64,000 nt of DNA from NCBI GenBank assembly GCA_963733095.1, contig CAVTBV010000006.1, forward strand, positions 1 to 64,000. Reading direction: 5' to 3'. This DNA comes from Candidatus Bathyarchaeota archaeon. GTDB taxonomy: Archaea > Thermoproteota > Bathyarchaeia > Bathyarchaeales > Bathycorpusculaceae. Position numbers and translations under genes: made by a program. Positions within the stretch are counted from its first letter, which is position 1. Every line of letters starts with the position of its first letter. This document shows positions 49,647-59,136 of the stretch, one piece after another. Under the pieces are notes generated by a model, which saw only the letters and a program-made list of their open reading frames with translations, ran no database searches and was not told the DNA's origin.

Positions 49647-50141
49647 ATGGTAAAGATGCATGAGAGAAAATTTGTTTCCACTGACCCAGAGAAATGTGTC
49701 GGCTGCCAAATATGCGAGTATGCTTGCTCATTCACCAAGGAAAAAGTTTTCAACCCGCTTAAATCACGTATACGTGTGGTTAGGGTTAACCAGTTAGCTA
49801 ATATGGCTGTTACCTGTAGACTCTGCGAAGAACCAGCCTGTGTAGCTGCTTGTCCAAGAGATGCTCTCACGCAGTCAAAAGAAACAGGCAACATTGTACT
49901 GGATAAGGACAAATGTAACGGCTGCGGCTGGTGCATCGAAGCATGCGACTACGGCGCCATAATGTTGCACCCCGAAACTAAAGTCGTCTACGTTTGCGAC
50001 ATGTGCAAAGACAAGTCTGAAGGACCTCAATGCGTCAAATGGTGCCCCGAAGAAGCCATAACAGTCGTAACAAGCGACGTGCTGGCACAGAAAGCAAGAA
50101 TCGGTGCAATTAAAAAACTCTTCCAAGAAAAAGAAGAGTAA
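49647..50141 (+). CDS. 4Fe-4S dicluster protein (second copy)
   Basis: Same Cys pattern as 46676..47185. Confidence 0.92.
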   Translation: MVKMHERKFVSTDPEKCVGCQICEYACSFTKEKVFNPLKSRIRVVRVNQLANMAVTCRLCEEPACVAACPRDALTQSKETGNIVLDKDKCNGCGWCIEACDYGAIMLHPETKVVYVCDMCKDKSEGPQCVKWCPEEAITVVTSDVLAQKARIGAIKKLFQEKEE

Positions 50142-50465
50142 ACGAGCATTTCTTTGCTCATCTCCTAATTTTAAAGTCAAAATTTTACCCAAATCGTCCT
50201 ATTACACTCCACCTGGATGCTCTTCCATGCAATGTGCCTCATAATCCTCTCTGGCATCTTGCTCTTGATTGTCCACTTTGCATTTGTACTTGCCTTTGAA
50301 GTCATTTCGGACTCAGGAACAGTGGATTCTTTATTCTCTAAGACTTCACCTCCATTGGCACTGGTTAAAAATCCATGTTTCCTATTCAATGGACGGTCCT
50401 TAACCTATGTGACTTTACCAAACCAACAATTACAAAAGCTTCTAAAATTTATTGAAGCGAAAAGT

Positions 50466-50801
50466 TTAGATTCGCAAGTTAAACTGTATTGAGTTTAGTT
50501 CTTTGATGGTGCTTTGAAGGTTTTTGTTTATGTCGCCAACGTAGACGGTTCGGTTCTGTATTCCCTTTTGTACTGCTCCAGCCACCAAAAAACCTGCACC
50601 TATGATTTCGCCAACCGGTGAAGGGTCAGGAAACATGATGCATGCCATGCCGATTTTTATAAGGTTGGATTTGTTGCCTTCGCGCCAGAGTTTCTTTGTT
50701 TTTGCGGTTTCTTTCGCGCTAGTCTTTAGTGCTCGGTGAACCTCTGTATAGGTTTCGATTAGCTCATGCACTGCCTGCGTTGTTTGTCTGGCTCTTTCCA
50801 A
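50466..50801 (-). CDS. hypothetical protein
   Basis: 111 aa with IKIGMACIMFPDP..IGAGFLVAG hairpin. Confidence 0.65.
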   Translation of the reverse strand: MERARQTTQAVHELIETYTEVHRALKTSAKETAKTKKLWREGNKSNLIKIGMACIMFPDPSPVGEIIGAGFLVAGAVQKGIQNRTVYVGDINKNLQSTIKELNSIQFNLRI

Positions 50802-51038
50802 CTTACTTCACAACTCTATAGTGATTCGGTCAAAGAAAAACTTTAGAATCAAATAGAGGCTCGCTTAGTCAGCATTTCTAAATGATATCTGTGGATGTTT
50901 ATGTTAAGCCTGTAAATTTTAGGTGCCATTACACTCGCAATTATATATTGGCGTGCCTAAAAGTGATAATGGTTTTTGCTCGGTGGGGAAAATATTTATA
51001 AATTTTCACTTTTATCTTGGTTGCCAAAGTGATTTTGA

Positions 51039-51207
51039 ATGAACAACCAAAGCGGAAAAAATTAGAATCCTATCATTGTGCGGCGTTTTGGCACCCGTAA
51101 TCTATGCTGTTGCTTCGGTTGTCGGCAACATTTTGGGCCCCTCTTACTCGCAGGTTGGAAAAACCGTAACCGAACTCATCCAGCGTGGCGCACTAAACCG
51201 CTTCTAA
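51039..51207 (+). pseudogene. DUF998-like membrane protein N-terminal fragment
   Basis: Frameshift after MNNQ; LCGVLAPVIY..PSYSQVGKTVTELIQRGA then truncation. Confidence 0.55.
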
Positions 51208-51291
51208 ACAGAAAACAAGTTAATTCAAGTGGGTCCATTCTGTAAAACCTATTAATAACAACTTCCAACAACGTTTGCAGGTGCCTAAGGT

Positions 51292-52123
51292 TTGCTTGAC
51301 CAACTGCTCACCACGATAATCCTTGGTTTGATTCAGGGCTTCGAAGAGTGGTTGCCCATCTCAAGCACGGCGCATCTGAGGATCACGGAGCATTTTTTGG
51401 GTTTTCAGGCAACCTCTCTCTTCAATGTGTTTTTGCGCATCGGCACCCTGGGCGTTGTGGGTTTTATTTTAGGCATGACATCAAAATTATACTCACTGCC
51501 TTGGTGCATAAGGATTTTCACTCGAAATATGGCAGATTTATTCCCCTGATCATCGTTGCAACAATCCCCACTGGAATAATTGGGCTGCTCTACAACAAAT
51601 TCATAGCCGACACTTACCAAACCATGCCTAATAATCGGCATAACCTTTCTCTTTGGCGCCGCCCTACTGTTTTCCTCCAAATTCGGCAAAGAAAACCGAA
51701 CCCAAATATCCTATCGCCAAGCACTTATCATGGGTGCAGCGCAAGGAGCGGCCAATTTTCCCGGACTTTCCCGAAGCGGCTCAACCATTTCCACTCGGCT
51801 TTTGCAAGGCGTTAAGCGGGAGATGGTTTTCAAATTCTCTTTTTCTGCTTTCTATCCCGGCTATATTAGGTGACTTAGGCGTTGAGGCATATCTACAGCT
51901 GGGAAGCTTTTCTGAAGGTGTTGGAATCAGCCCTCTTAATTTGGAGATTGGTTTAGTGTTTATGGTTGTTGCAGGTTACTTGGCTATTGTGTGGGTGAAG
52001 AAGCTGGTTTTAAGTAAACGTTTCCTTTACTTTGCAGCCTACGCCTTTGTCCTCGGCGAAATCTTGATTACTTTGGCTCTCTCAGGCTTACAAGGAAGAG
52101 ATGACTATGTCAGGCGAATTTGA
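51292..52123 (+). pseudogene. uppP: undecaprenyl-diphosphate phosphatase, multiple frameshifts
   Basis: GLIQGFEEWLPISSTAH, ATIPTGIIG, AQGAANFPGLSRSGSTI, FLLSIPAI spread over different frames. Confidence 0.85.
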
Positions 52124-52280
52124 AAACCAAATACGAAAAATAACCAACCCGCAAGTGGCTGAAAAAATAGTTAAAGTCATCAATTCAGCTGGAGAGGAAT
52201 TTCCTTGCTTAACCTGCCCCTCAAACGCTGAATGCGGCAGTTTTAAATGGTTTACCAAGTGGTTTGGAAACTTCCGCTAA
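52101..52280 (+). CDS. 59-aa Cys protein ending WFTKWFG
   Basis: MTMSGEFENQ...EFPCLTCPSNAECGSFKWFTKWFGNFR*, AGGAAG upstream. Confidence 0.6.
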   Translation: MTMSGEFENQIRKITNPQVAEKIVKVINSAGEEFPCLTCPSNAECGSFKWFTKWFGNFR

Positions 52281-52326
52281 ACTATAAAGATTGGAAAGAA
52301 AAAGTTTAACGAGAAAAAAAATGCGT

Positions 52327-54108
52327 TTAAATGATTTTTTCTAAGTCGCTGATGAAGCGTTCAAACACCTTCAAGCCCCCCTTCCAGAAGTCGGGTGCAG
52401 CCACGTTTAAGCCGACGATTCCTCCGATTTCCAGTGGCGACAAGCTGCCTCCTGCAGACAACGCCTTCACCAGTTCAGATACAAATGCTTTGCCTTCTTC
52501 AAGGTAGCGTTTGTAGAGAGCGTAGACGAACATTTGAGCGTAGACGTAGGGGTAGTTGTAGAAGCGGTAGTTTGCCATGTAGTAGTGAGGTTTTATAGTC
52601 CATTCTGCGTCCATTTCGGGGAACCATGTGACGGCGTCTCCGAAGATGCGGTCGCGGCTCCTTGTCCACTGACTGCAGATGGTCTTGTAATCTAAGTATT
52701 CGCCTTGTTCGATGGATTCGTAGAGTGCCTGCTCAAACCACACTCGCGCAGTAACCTGGAACGCAGTCATCCCTGCCTCATCCAACACCAAGCAAAGTAG
52801 CGCTTTTCGTTCCGCCTCAGATTTAGTAGCATCCAGCAACTGGTCTGTAAGGAGCAGTTCACCAAAAATTGATGCTGTCTCAGCAACAGCAGAGGGAACG
52901 TTTATGTTTAGAAGAGTTTGACTCCTTGACATATACCAGTCATGGGTCGCATGCCCGAGTTCATGGGCCAACGTAAAAACATCGGACAATGTGCCGTTGA
53001 AGCTTTGCAAAATGAAGGCTGATTTGCCGTTGTAGTAGCCTGCACAAAAGGCGCCGTTGCGTTTGCCAAAACGTGGCGTGGCGTCTATGTGACCTTTTTG
53101 AAACATTTCTTTGACTGCGGATGCGTAGGTTGGGTCGAAGCGGCTGTAGGCTTTGGTGATTAGGTCTTCGGCTTGTTGGAAGGTAAATTTGAGTTCTGCA
53201 GATTCGGGCAAAGGAGCCACAATGTCATGGTTCCCCAGAACAGGTACCCCCATCAACTTGGCTTTCAGCTTAAGGTAACGACGATACGTTCCAGCGCCTT
53301 CCTCGATGGTTTTAAGGAGATAGCCAATGATGCTTTGTTGGGTGTCGTTGCTGATTAAGCTGGATTCCATGGGTGAGGCGTATTTTCTGCGTTTAGACAC
53401 AGTTACCCAATCGTTGCAGATGCTGCGAAGCGCTGCCGAGAAGACTTCACCATCCCTGCCAAGCAGCCCATAGATTGAGCGGTTCGCGGATTCTCGGGTG
53501 GCTCGGTCAGGGTGAGGCAGCAAACCATTGGCGTCTCCATAGCTTAGTGTCTTCTTTTGACCCAAAACGTTTACGTCAAAGAGGCGGGTGTTGAGCCATT
53601 TGCTCTGCAGTTCTTCCCAGGCGTTGACGCCGAACTGGTCTTTTTCGATTATGATTTGCTCTTCCACCTCAGAGAGTTGGTGTTCTACGCGGCGGCAGAC
53701 ACGTTCCAGCAAATGCCTGTAGATAGCTAAGGTTGGCGCTTCTATTAGTTCAGGGTTGCTTTTCACAAGTTTCCCTAGTTCAAGCGAATAAAACGCCAAC
53801 TGCTTTCCTACGTTGGCTGACAGTTTGTCTACTCTGTCGTTTAGCGCCTGTGCTTTGAGTTGAGTCATGTCTGCAGAAAACGTGAGGCTTGAGTACAGGG
53901 TTAGGTCGCTGAATTTTGCTTCAAACTCCTCAATATCGCGGAGGCACCGCAGTAAACCGTCGGCTGAGATGTTCGATATTTTTCCTCGGTAAGTTTTCTC
54001 GAATTCGTCCGCTTCACTCTTAACTTGTTCAATGGCACGGTTGATTTCAGGGTCATCTATGCCCAAAAAAAGTTCAGTTAAGTCCCATGTAACCTGTCGT
54101 CCGATCAC
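52327..54108 (-). CDS. pepF: M3B oligoendopeptidase F
   Basis: WDLTELF, GKRNGAFC, TLAHELGH, AETASIFGE, PHYY..FYNYPY. Confidence 0.93.
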   Translation of the reverse strand: MIGRQVTWDLTELFLGIDDPEINRAIEQVKSEADEFEKTYRGKISNISADGLLRCLRDIEEFEAKFSDLTLYSSLTFSADMTQLKAQALNDRVDKLSANVGKQLAFYSLELGKLVKSNPELIEAPTLAIYRHLLERVCRRVEHQLSEVEEQIIIEKDQFGVNAWEELQSKWLNTRLFDVNVLGQKKTLSYGDANGLLPHPDRATRESANRSIYGLLGRDGEVFSAALRSICNDWVTVSKRRKYASPMESSLISNDTQQSIIGYLLKTIEEGAGTYRRYLKLKAKLMGVPVLGNHDIVAPLPESAELKFTFQQAEDLITKAYSRFDPTYASAVKEMFQKGHIDATPRFGKRNGAFCAGYYNGKSAFILQSFNGTLSDVFTLAHELGHATHDWYMSRSQTLLNINVPSAVAETASIFGELLLTDQLLDATKSEAERKALLCLVLDEAGMTAFQVTARVWFEQALYESIEQGEYLDYKTICSQWTRSRDRIFGDAVTWFPEMDAEWTIKPHYYMANYRFYNYPYVYAQMFVYALYKRYLEEGKAFVSELVKALSAGGSLSPLEIGGIVGLNVAAPDFWKGGLKVFERFISDLEKII

Positions 54109-54410
54109 ATTATGTACCTCTCATAAGTAGTCTCAGCTGTGTTATTTTGGGTTTTGTAGACAAAAGCAGAGAAGAATTGAAAAACCGTTTATTCCATTGT
54201 TTTTTGGAATGCAGCAGTATCAAAATAAACGGCTAAAGATTCAAGTTTGCCATCTTTTAGTTTCCAGATTTCTGCAACCTCTCTTGAGAAGGTGTCTCCT
54301 TTTGGTAATTACTTAAAAATGAGGGAAATTAAAAAAATTGTGGGAAAAGACATCTTATTTATGAAAAGTTTTGCTTTCACAGTTCGAAGTCCATGCCTAT
54401 TAGTTTTGGT

Positions 54411-54608
54411 TTAAGCCAAGATTGGTGCTTCACACATTTGGTCTGAGTCAAAGTTTTCGAGAATTATCTTGTTGCCTTTTTTGATGGTGAAGTATTCGGT
54501 TCCGCAGACTGGGCAGGGAACGAATTCGTTTGCTCCCACGGAGTCGAACTCGAATCTCACGTGGCATCCCGGACAAGTAAACATTATCGATGGGGTCTGT
54601 TTTATCAT
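54411..54608 (-). CDS. small zinc-ribbon protein (LysW-like fold)
   Basis: CPGC...CPVCG; AGGAGG upstream. Confidence 0.7.
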   Translation of the reverse strand: MIKQTPSIMFTCPGCHVRFEFDSVGANEFVPCPVCGTEYFTIKKGNKIILENFDSDQMCEAPILA

Positions 54609-54761
54609 TTTCTATCCTCCTAAAAACTTGGTTTTCGTATTCAATTAACTATATTAACTTATTTTGTGGTAATTGTATAGAAACAGCTTATTTGTCTCTT
54701 AAAATTATACGAGAGCTGACTAGGTATTAACTTTTTCCGTAAAAAAACAAATAAAAGTATG

Positions 54762-54980
54762 TTACTTTAACGTTTTGAGTTGTCCAATCAGTTCTTGTTT
54801 CATTTTTTCGTCAGCAACAATTGCCTTGCGCGCTTTTTTCCAGTCTGCAGAGCAATGTCCATAACTCGACTTCTCGCCAATGTACTTGTGTATAACCGCA
54901 TCAACCTTCTCTTTGTTGCTTTCGTTTAGTTCTACTCCAGCCTCTTTCAAAAAGGTTCCAAACCATTTCCAACAAGTCAT
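54762..54980 (-). CDS. small hypothetical protein
   Basis: MTCW..LKEAGVE..NKEKVD..IH..C..W pattern. Confidence 0.7.
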   Translation of the reverse strand: MTCWKWFGTFLKEAGVELNESNKEKVDAVIHKYIGEKSSYGHCSADWKKARKAIVADEKMKQELIGQLKTLK

Positions 54981-55061
54981 ATAATCAAAACACCATTACA
55001 ATAAAAAAGCTTAACGAAACCTATTTGCTTTTCGCATCTCTTTTAAATTCAGGAAATTTAC

Positions 55062-55295
55062 TTAAAATTCTTTTTCAGCTCTATCTAACTGTTCTTGCAG
55101 TTTTTCTCTGCATCTATCCACTTCGTTTTCTTTAAGGTCAATTTGGCTTGCATCAAAACTCTTAATCAATTCTTTGTCGCTCAGGTTAACCAATTTTTCA
55201 GCAAGTTCTTCGATGAGCTTGCGGATTTCCTTGAGTTCCAAAGCTATGCCCCTGAGGTTTCTTCTTTCCTCATCTGTGAGAACTATTTTAACCAA
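55062..55295 (-). CDS. small acidic coiled-coil, antitoxin-like
   Basis: LSDKELIKSF..SQIDLKE resembles archaeal RelB-like antitoxins; GGTGA upstream. Confidence 0.5.
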   Translation of the reverse strand: MVKIVLTDEERRNLRGIALELKEIRKLIEELAEKLVNLSDKELIKSFDASQIDLKENEVDRCREKLQEQLDRAEKEF

Positions 55296-55370
55296 CGCAA
55301 GTCACCAAGGTAAGCTCTTATTTTACAAACGTTGGAAGTATTAAAATTTCCCTAAAATCGAAGTGAGCAT

Positions 55371-55391
55371 TGGTGCTAAGGGCAGGATTTG
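55371..55391 (-). mobile_element. orphan tRNA 3'-end fragment (att-like scar)
   Basis: Minus strand CAAAT-CCTGC-CCTTAGC-A-CCA = T loop end, T stem, acceptor strand, discriminator, CCA; no 5' half. Confidence 0.6.
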
Positions 55392-55471
55392 CCCCTCCAG
55401 ACAAGTATTTTTACTATACTTTCCCCTTTTTTCTCTTCCATCTGCCATGACTATTAAGGAGGTTTTCTTTT

Positions 55472-55675
55472 TTGAATGCTGACCGTGTAAAGCGTAAGCT
55501 TCCAAGCTTACTCGTCAATTGCAGCACAACAGAAAAGAAAAGTTGGAATACCCTCATGCGTTACCGTTATCGGTTTACTCAGTTAAAGAAGCGACAACCT
55601 GAGAAATTTAACTCTATCACTAACCGTATTCTTTTAGACCTGACTGATTTAGAAAAAGCGGTTAATGAATCATAG
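55472..55675 (+). CDS. small basic hypothetical protein between two att-like scars
   Basis: AGGAGG upstream of TTG; 67 aa. Confidence 0.4.
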   Translation: MNADRVKRKLPSLLVNCSTTEKKSWNTLMRYRYRFTQLKKRQPEKFNSITNRILLDLTDLEKAVNES

Positions 55676-55774
55676 ATCGCTGTCTTTTGGCAACAATAAG
55701 CTTAATGAAAGATTCTTTACAAAGCGATTCTTAATTAGACTCCACAGAAAACGGCGGTTTCTTATACGGAATTT

Positions 55775-55792
55775 TGGCGCCGGGAGAGGGAT
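55775..55792 (-). mobile_element. orphan tRNA-Ser-like 3'-end fragment (att-like scar)
   Basis: Minus strand AT-CCCTC-TCCCGGC-G-CCA; G discriminator and GCCGGGA-type acceptor typical of archaeal tRNA-Ser. Confidence 0.6.
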
Positions 55793-56068
55793 CCCAGAAA
55801 CAATTTACAAGCAAAAGTACTTGCCCCAAAACTGGGGATGGACATCTGACTTGAAATATGAAGTCCTACCATGTTTAGGCTTTAGTGGAGTTGTTTGCAT
55901 AGATTATTACCAATCCACCAGTAGGTAACCGGCATATAAGATTAAGCCTAAGTGACAACGAGTCGAGCGTCAACCGACACCTTTTTTCGTTTATTAGAGA
56001 AAGGAAATCATTAGCAAGATAATTTTTAATTAGTATAGAAAATTTTGGGATAATTATTGACCTATAAC

Positions 56069-57322
56069 TCATCTTGTCTTAGTGGTTTTTCGATGCCTTC
56101 TAAAAAGCAGTAGAGATAAGATAACAATAGCCACTATGATGCTTGCAGGTATAAAGTAATATATCGGGTCTAAATGCGGTGCATTTCTATCTGTTGGTGA
56201 AGAGGGCGTCGCAGTTGGGCTAAGAGATGATGATGCAGTCGGCATTGGGGAGATTGTTGGCGTTGGAATTGGTGTTGGTGTGGGTAAAGCAGTTGGAGTT
56301 GGCGTTGGTAGAGGTGTAGATGATGGAACACTCGAAAGGGAGTCAATAGTTAATTTGGAAATATCAACTGGAGAGGAAAGTGGATGATTATCAACGTTAC
56401 TCTGGTCAATCACATAATTTCCTTGTCCATTATAGCTACTCCAATAGTTACCATCTTTACCGTCATCCCAAAAGTTTACTGAAACCGCGGAGGTCACGAT
56501 GGCTTCATTGTACACATTTTGACCACTCCCTACAAAATTATTCTCGTAGATTAAATTGCCTTCTGCACCACCCTGAGAAATCGCATATGACGTATGAACG
56601 CCTACTTGGTTGTGGTCAATTTGGTTTCCAGCAATTACATTATTTGGTCGAGTGGTTACACGTAGTAAATCTATCGCATACCCCTGAGTCCCCACAATCA
56701 TATTTCCAAAAATTTTATTGTTTGAGCCATATAGTGAAATTCCATAAGGTACAGGATTTTTCCATTGGTCGCATCCTTGAAGATTGTTTCCTGATATAAT
56801 GTTGCCGTTGCCTGCAACGCTAATCCCTCTGCCTTTATTTATCGTGTTATTTGCAACTAAATTTCCATTACCACTGCAATCCAAACCTGTTCCATTATTC
56901 ACAGTGTTGTTAGCTATCACTAAGTTAATTGATTTGAGATAGCCGTAAAAAATTATTCCGCCACTCTCAACAACCGTATTTATGACTGTTGTACCTGTTA
57001 CCCCATCCAATTCTGAATTACCTTGAACTGGTATTGGACCGTAAACTCCCCTTACTGCATGTCCTTGTCCGTCAAAAATGATGTTGCTCTGATCTATTAC
57101 GATGTAGCCGTCCAAATCAGATGAAAGTAGGTATGTGTTACCGTTCCTTGTAATATTTGCCGATTCAGGAGTAATAGTTCCGTTTGACTGTATTGTTGCA
57201 CGTAGCAAGTCAGGTTGAGGGATGTAAGAACCTGTCGATTGTGCTGTTGTCATCACCGTTAGATTTGTAATTGCCATTAGCAGAATTATGATAAGCGGTG
57301 CTACAATGGCGGTAAATCTCAT
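56069..57322 (-). CDS. NosD/pectin-lyase-fold surface protein with Pro/Thr linker and C-terminal TM
   Basis: Signal peptide, IIFDGQGH, Asn-rich beta-helix repeats, WDDG..GNYWS, DNHPL, PTPTP linker, TM plus RRHRK. Confidence 0.87.
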   Translation of the reverse strand: MRFTAIVAPLIIILLMAITNLTVMTTAQSTGSYIPQPDLLRATIQSNGTITPESANITRNGNTYLLSSDLDGYIVIDQSNIIFDGQGHAVRGVYGPIPVQGNSELDGVTGTTVINTVVESGGIIFYGYLKSINLVIANNTVNNGTGLDCSGNGNLVANNTINKGRGISVAGNGNIISGNNLQGCDQWKNPVPYGISLYGSNNKIFGNMIVGTQGYAIDLLRVTTRPNNVIAGNQIDHNQVGVHTSYAISQGGAEGNLIYENNFVGSGQNVYNEAIVTSAVSVNFWDDGKDGNYWSSYNGQGNYVIDQSNVDNHPLSSPVDISKLTIDSLSSVPSSTPLPTPTPTALPTPTPIPTPTISPMPTASSSLSPTATPSSPTDRNAPHLDPIYYFIPASIIVAIVILSLLLFRRHRKTTKTR

Positions 57323-57522
57323 GAAGTTGAATTAGTTGCAAGAGATAAAAAGCATTTTTGTACAAGGGGCTAATACCTATTTTGTGTTTAAACCCAAATT
57401 TTAAATCGTTAAAATAACTCTCAGGTTAAGCGGTTTTTAACCACTTAAGGCGATTGCAGGCAATTCGTACAGGAGGTTAAAATAATTGAGAAATATTTCC
57501 TTAAGAAAGAAAAAGTGTTAGT

Positions 57523-58212
57523 ATGAACAAAGTCAAACTCAGCATCTCACAACAAGCAGTTTTAGGATTAATTTTTTTAGCAACAGTAGTTTGGCTTGCG
57601 CTTTTCCTTCCTGCAGGAAAATTAACCTATTGGCAAGGATGGCTCTATTGGATAGTCTTTTTTTCCATTGTAACATCGATTAGTCTTTATTTCATAAAAA
57701 AAGACCCTCACCTTATATCAAGTAGAGTCAAGGTGGGTCCAACAGCTGAAGAGAAAAGCAGTCAAAAAATATCACAGGCATTTGCTGCAGTTTTCTTTAT
57801 TTTGCTGCTTCTAATACCCCCATTTGACTTCCGATTTGGGTGGTCTAATGTTCCGATATACTTAGTGGTGATATCTGATGTTTTTGTTACGTTTGGTTTT
57901 GTGGTTATTTTCTTGGTTTTTAGACAGAATACGTTTGCTTCAGCAATAATCGAGGTTAAAGCTGAGCAGAAAGTTGTTTCTACAGGTGTGTACAGTGTTG
58001 TTCGCCATCCGATGTATTCTGGAGCTTTGTTGCTCTTGTTATTTACACCGTTAGCTTTAGGCTCATTTTGGGGTATGCTTGCTTTCTTTCCTTTATTTGT
58101 AGTAATCTGCTTCAGGCTTATCGATGAAGAAAAAACTCTGTCAAAAAACCTGAAGGACTATGATGAATACCGGAAAAAAACTCGGTATCGTCTTATCCCT
58201 TACATTTGGTAA
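57523..58212 (+). CDS. isoprenylcysteine carboxylmethyltransferase family protein
   Basis: QKVVSTGVYSVVRHPMY, EEKTL, YRLIPYIW. Confidence 0.9.
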   Translation: MNKVKLSISQQAVLGLIFLATVVWLALFLPAGKLTYWQGWLYWIVFFSIVTSISLYFIKKDPHLISSRVKVGPTAEEKSSQKISQAFAAVFFILLLLIPPFDFRFGWSNVPIYLVVISDVFVTFGFVVIFLVFRQNTFASAIIEVKAEQKVVSTGVYSVVRHPMYSGALLLLLFTPLALGSFWGMLAFFPLFVVICFRLIDEEKTLSKNLKDYDEYRKKTRYRLIPYIW

Positions 58213-58341
58213 ACTGCAATATACACGTTTTAATTAGCCTGGCGCACGCGCTATTTGTATTTCGTATTAGCACTAAACTTGCTGGAAACTGTTATTAAGA
58301 TAAAATATTTATTTGAATAATTACAATTAACAAAAAAATAG

Positions 58342-58929
58342 GTGATTGTTATCAATCCAATCCTTTTAGAGGGCAAGAAAGTTATTGGGACCGAAGGCTA
58401 CATCTTAGGGGAAGTAGATGGCGTGGAAATTAACCCGAGAACTTGGCAAGCCGATACTTTCTGTGTTAATTTGAGCGCTGACGCAACTGCAGAACTTGGA
58501 TTCAAAAAACCTTTCTTACGCAAAATCACAGTATGTTTACCAACCCACCTTGTCGAAGCTATCGGTGAGGTAATTACTCTTAAAGAACCAGTGAGGAATC
58601 TCAAAGATATTGAAGAAAGACAAGTTTCAGTTAGTTATGTTAAACTTAGAGGGAAGAAAGTGGTTGGTGCGCAGGGTCGTATTGTAGGTGAAGTAGAAGG
58701 ATTCGACTTAAACGTTGACAACTGGCAAGTTACAGGTTTGCAGGTTGGTTTAACTGATGATGCTGCAACAGAACTTGGGTTTAAGAGCCCTTTTCTGAGC
58801 AGGGTGGTAGTAGTGATTCCTTCAAAGATAGTGGGCGTGGTAGGTAATTTCATAAATTTAAGTGAAACCATAGAAGACCTTGAATCACTTGTTGAGTGCA
58901 TTCGTTCCTGCAAGAAAATAGAGTCATAA
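58342..58929 (+). CDS. tandem double PRC-barrel protein
   Basis: Two repeats of GKKV.G..G..GEV.G..W...D.ATAELGFK.PFL. Confidence 0.82.
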   Translation: MIVINPILLEGKKVIGTEGYILGEVDGVEINPRTWQADTFCVNLSADATAELGFKKPFLRKITVCLPTHLVEAIGEVITLKEPVRNLKDIEERQVSVSYVKLRGKKVVGAQGRIVGEVEGFDLNVDNWQVTGLQVGLTDDAATELGFKSPFLSRVVVVIPSKIVGVVGNFINLSETIEDLESLVECIRSCKKIES

Positions 58930-59136
58930 CTGTTGCTTCAAGATGGTCGTATTTCCCAATTAAGCTCGCGGGCGTCCTAGGAGATTTGAACCTTGTCACT
59001 CAGAGATTTCACCCTCATTTCCCTTTTTTCTCTTCAAGGAAGGGCTTCTAAGTTATTCATTTGATTTTAGAAGTAAATATCCCGAGCAGATTGAGCTGTA
59101 AACAATCAAAAGGTTACCTGCAAAAAAGGGATGAGT

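Noticed and set aside
50177-50492. Overlapping 70-aa and 91-aa ORFs
   Set aside because: No recognisable motif; neither can be supported
56200-56330. Quasi-repetitive GGTGTT/GGCGTT tract
   Set aside because: Encodes the Pro/Thr linker of the NosD protein
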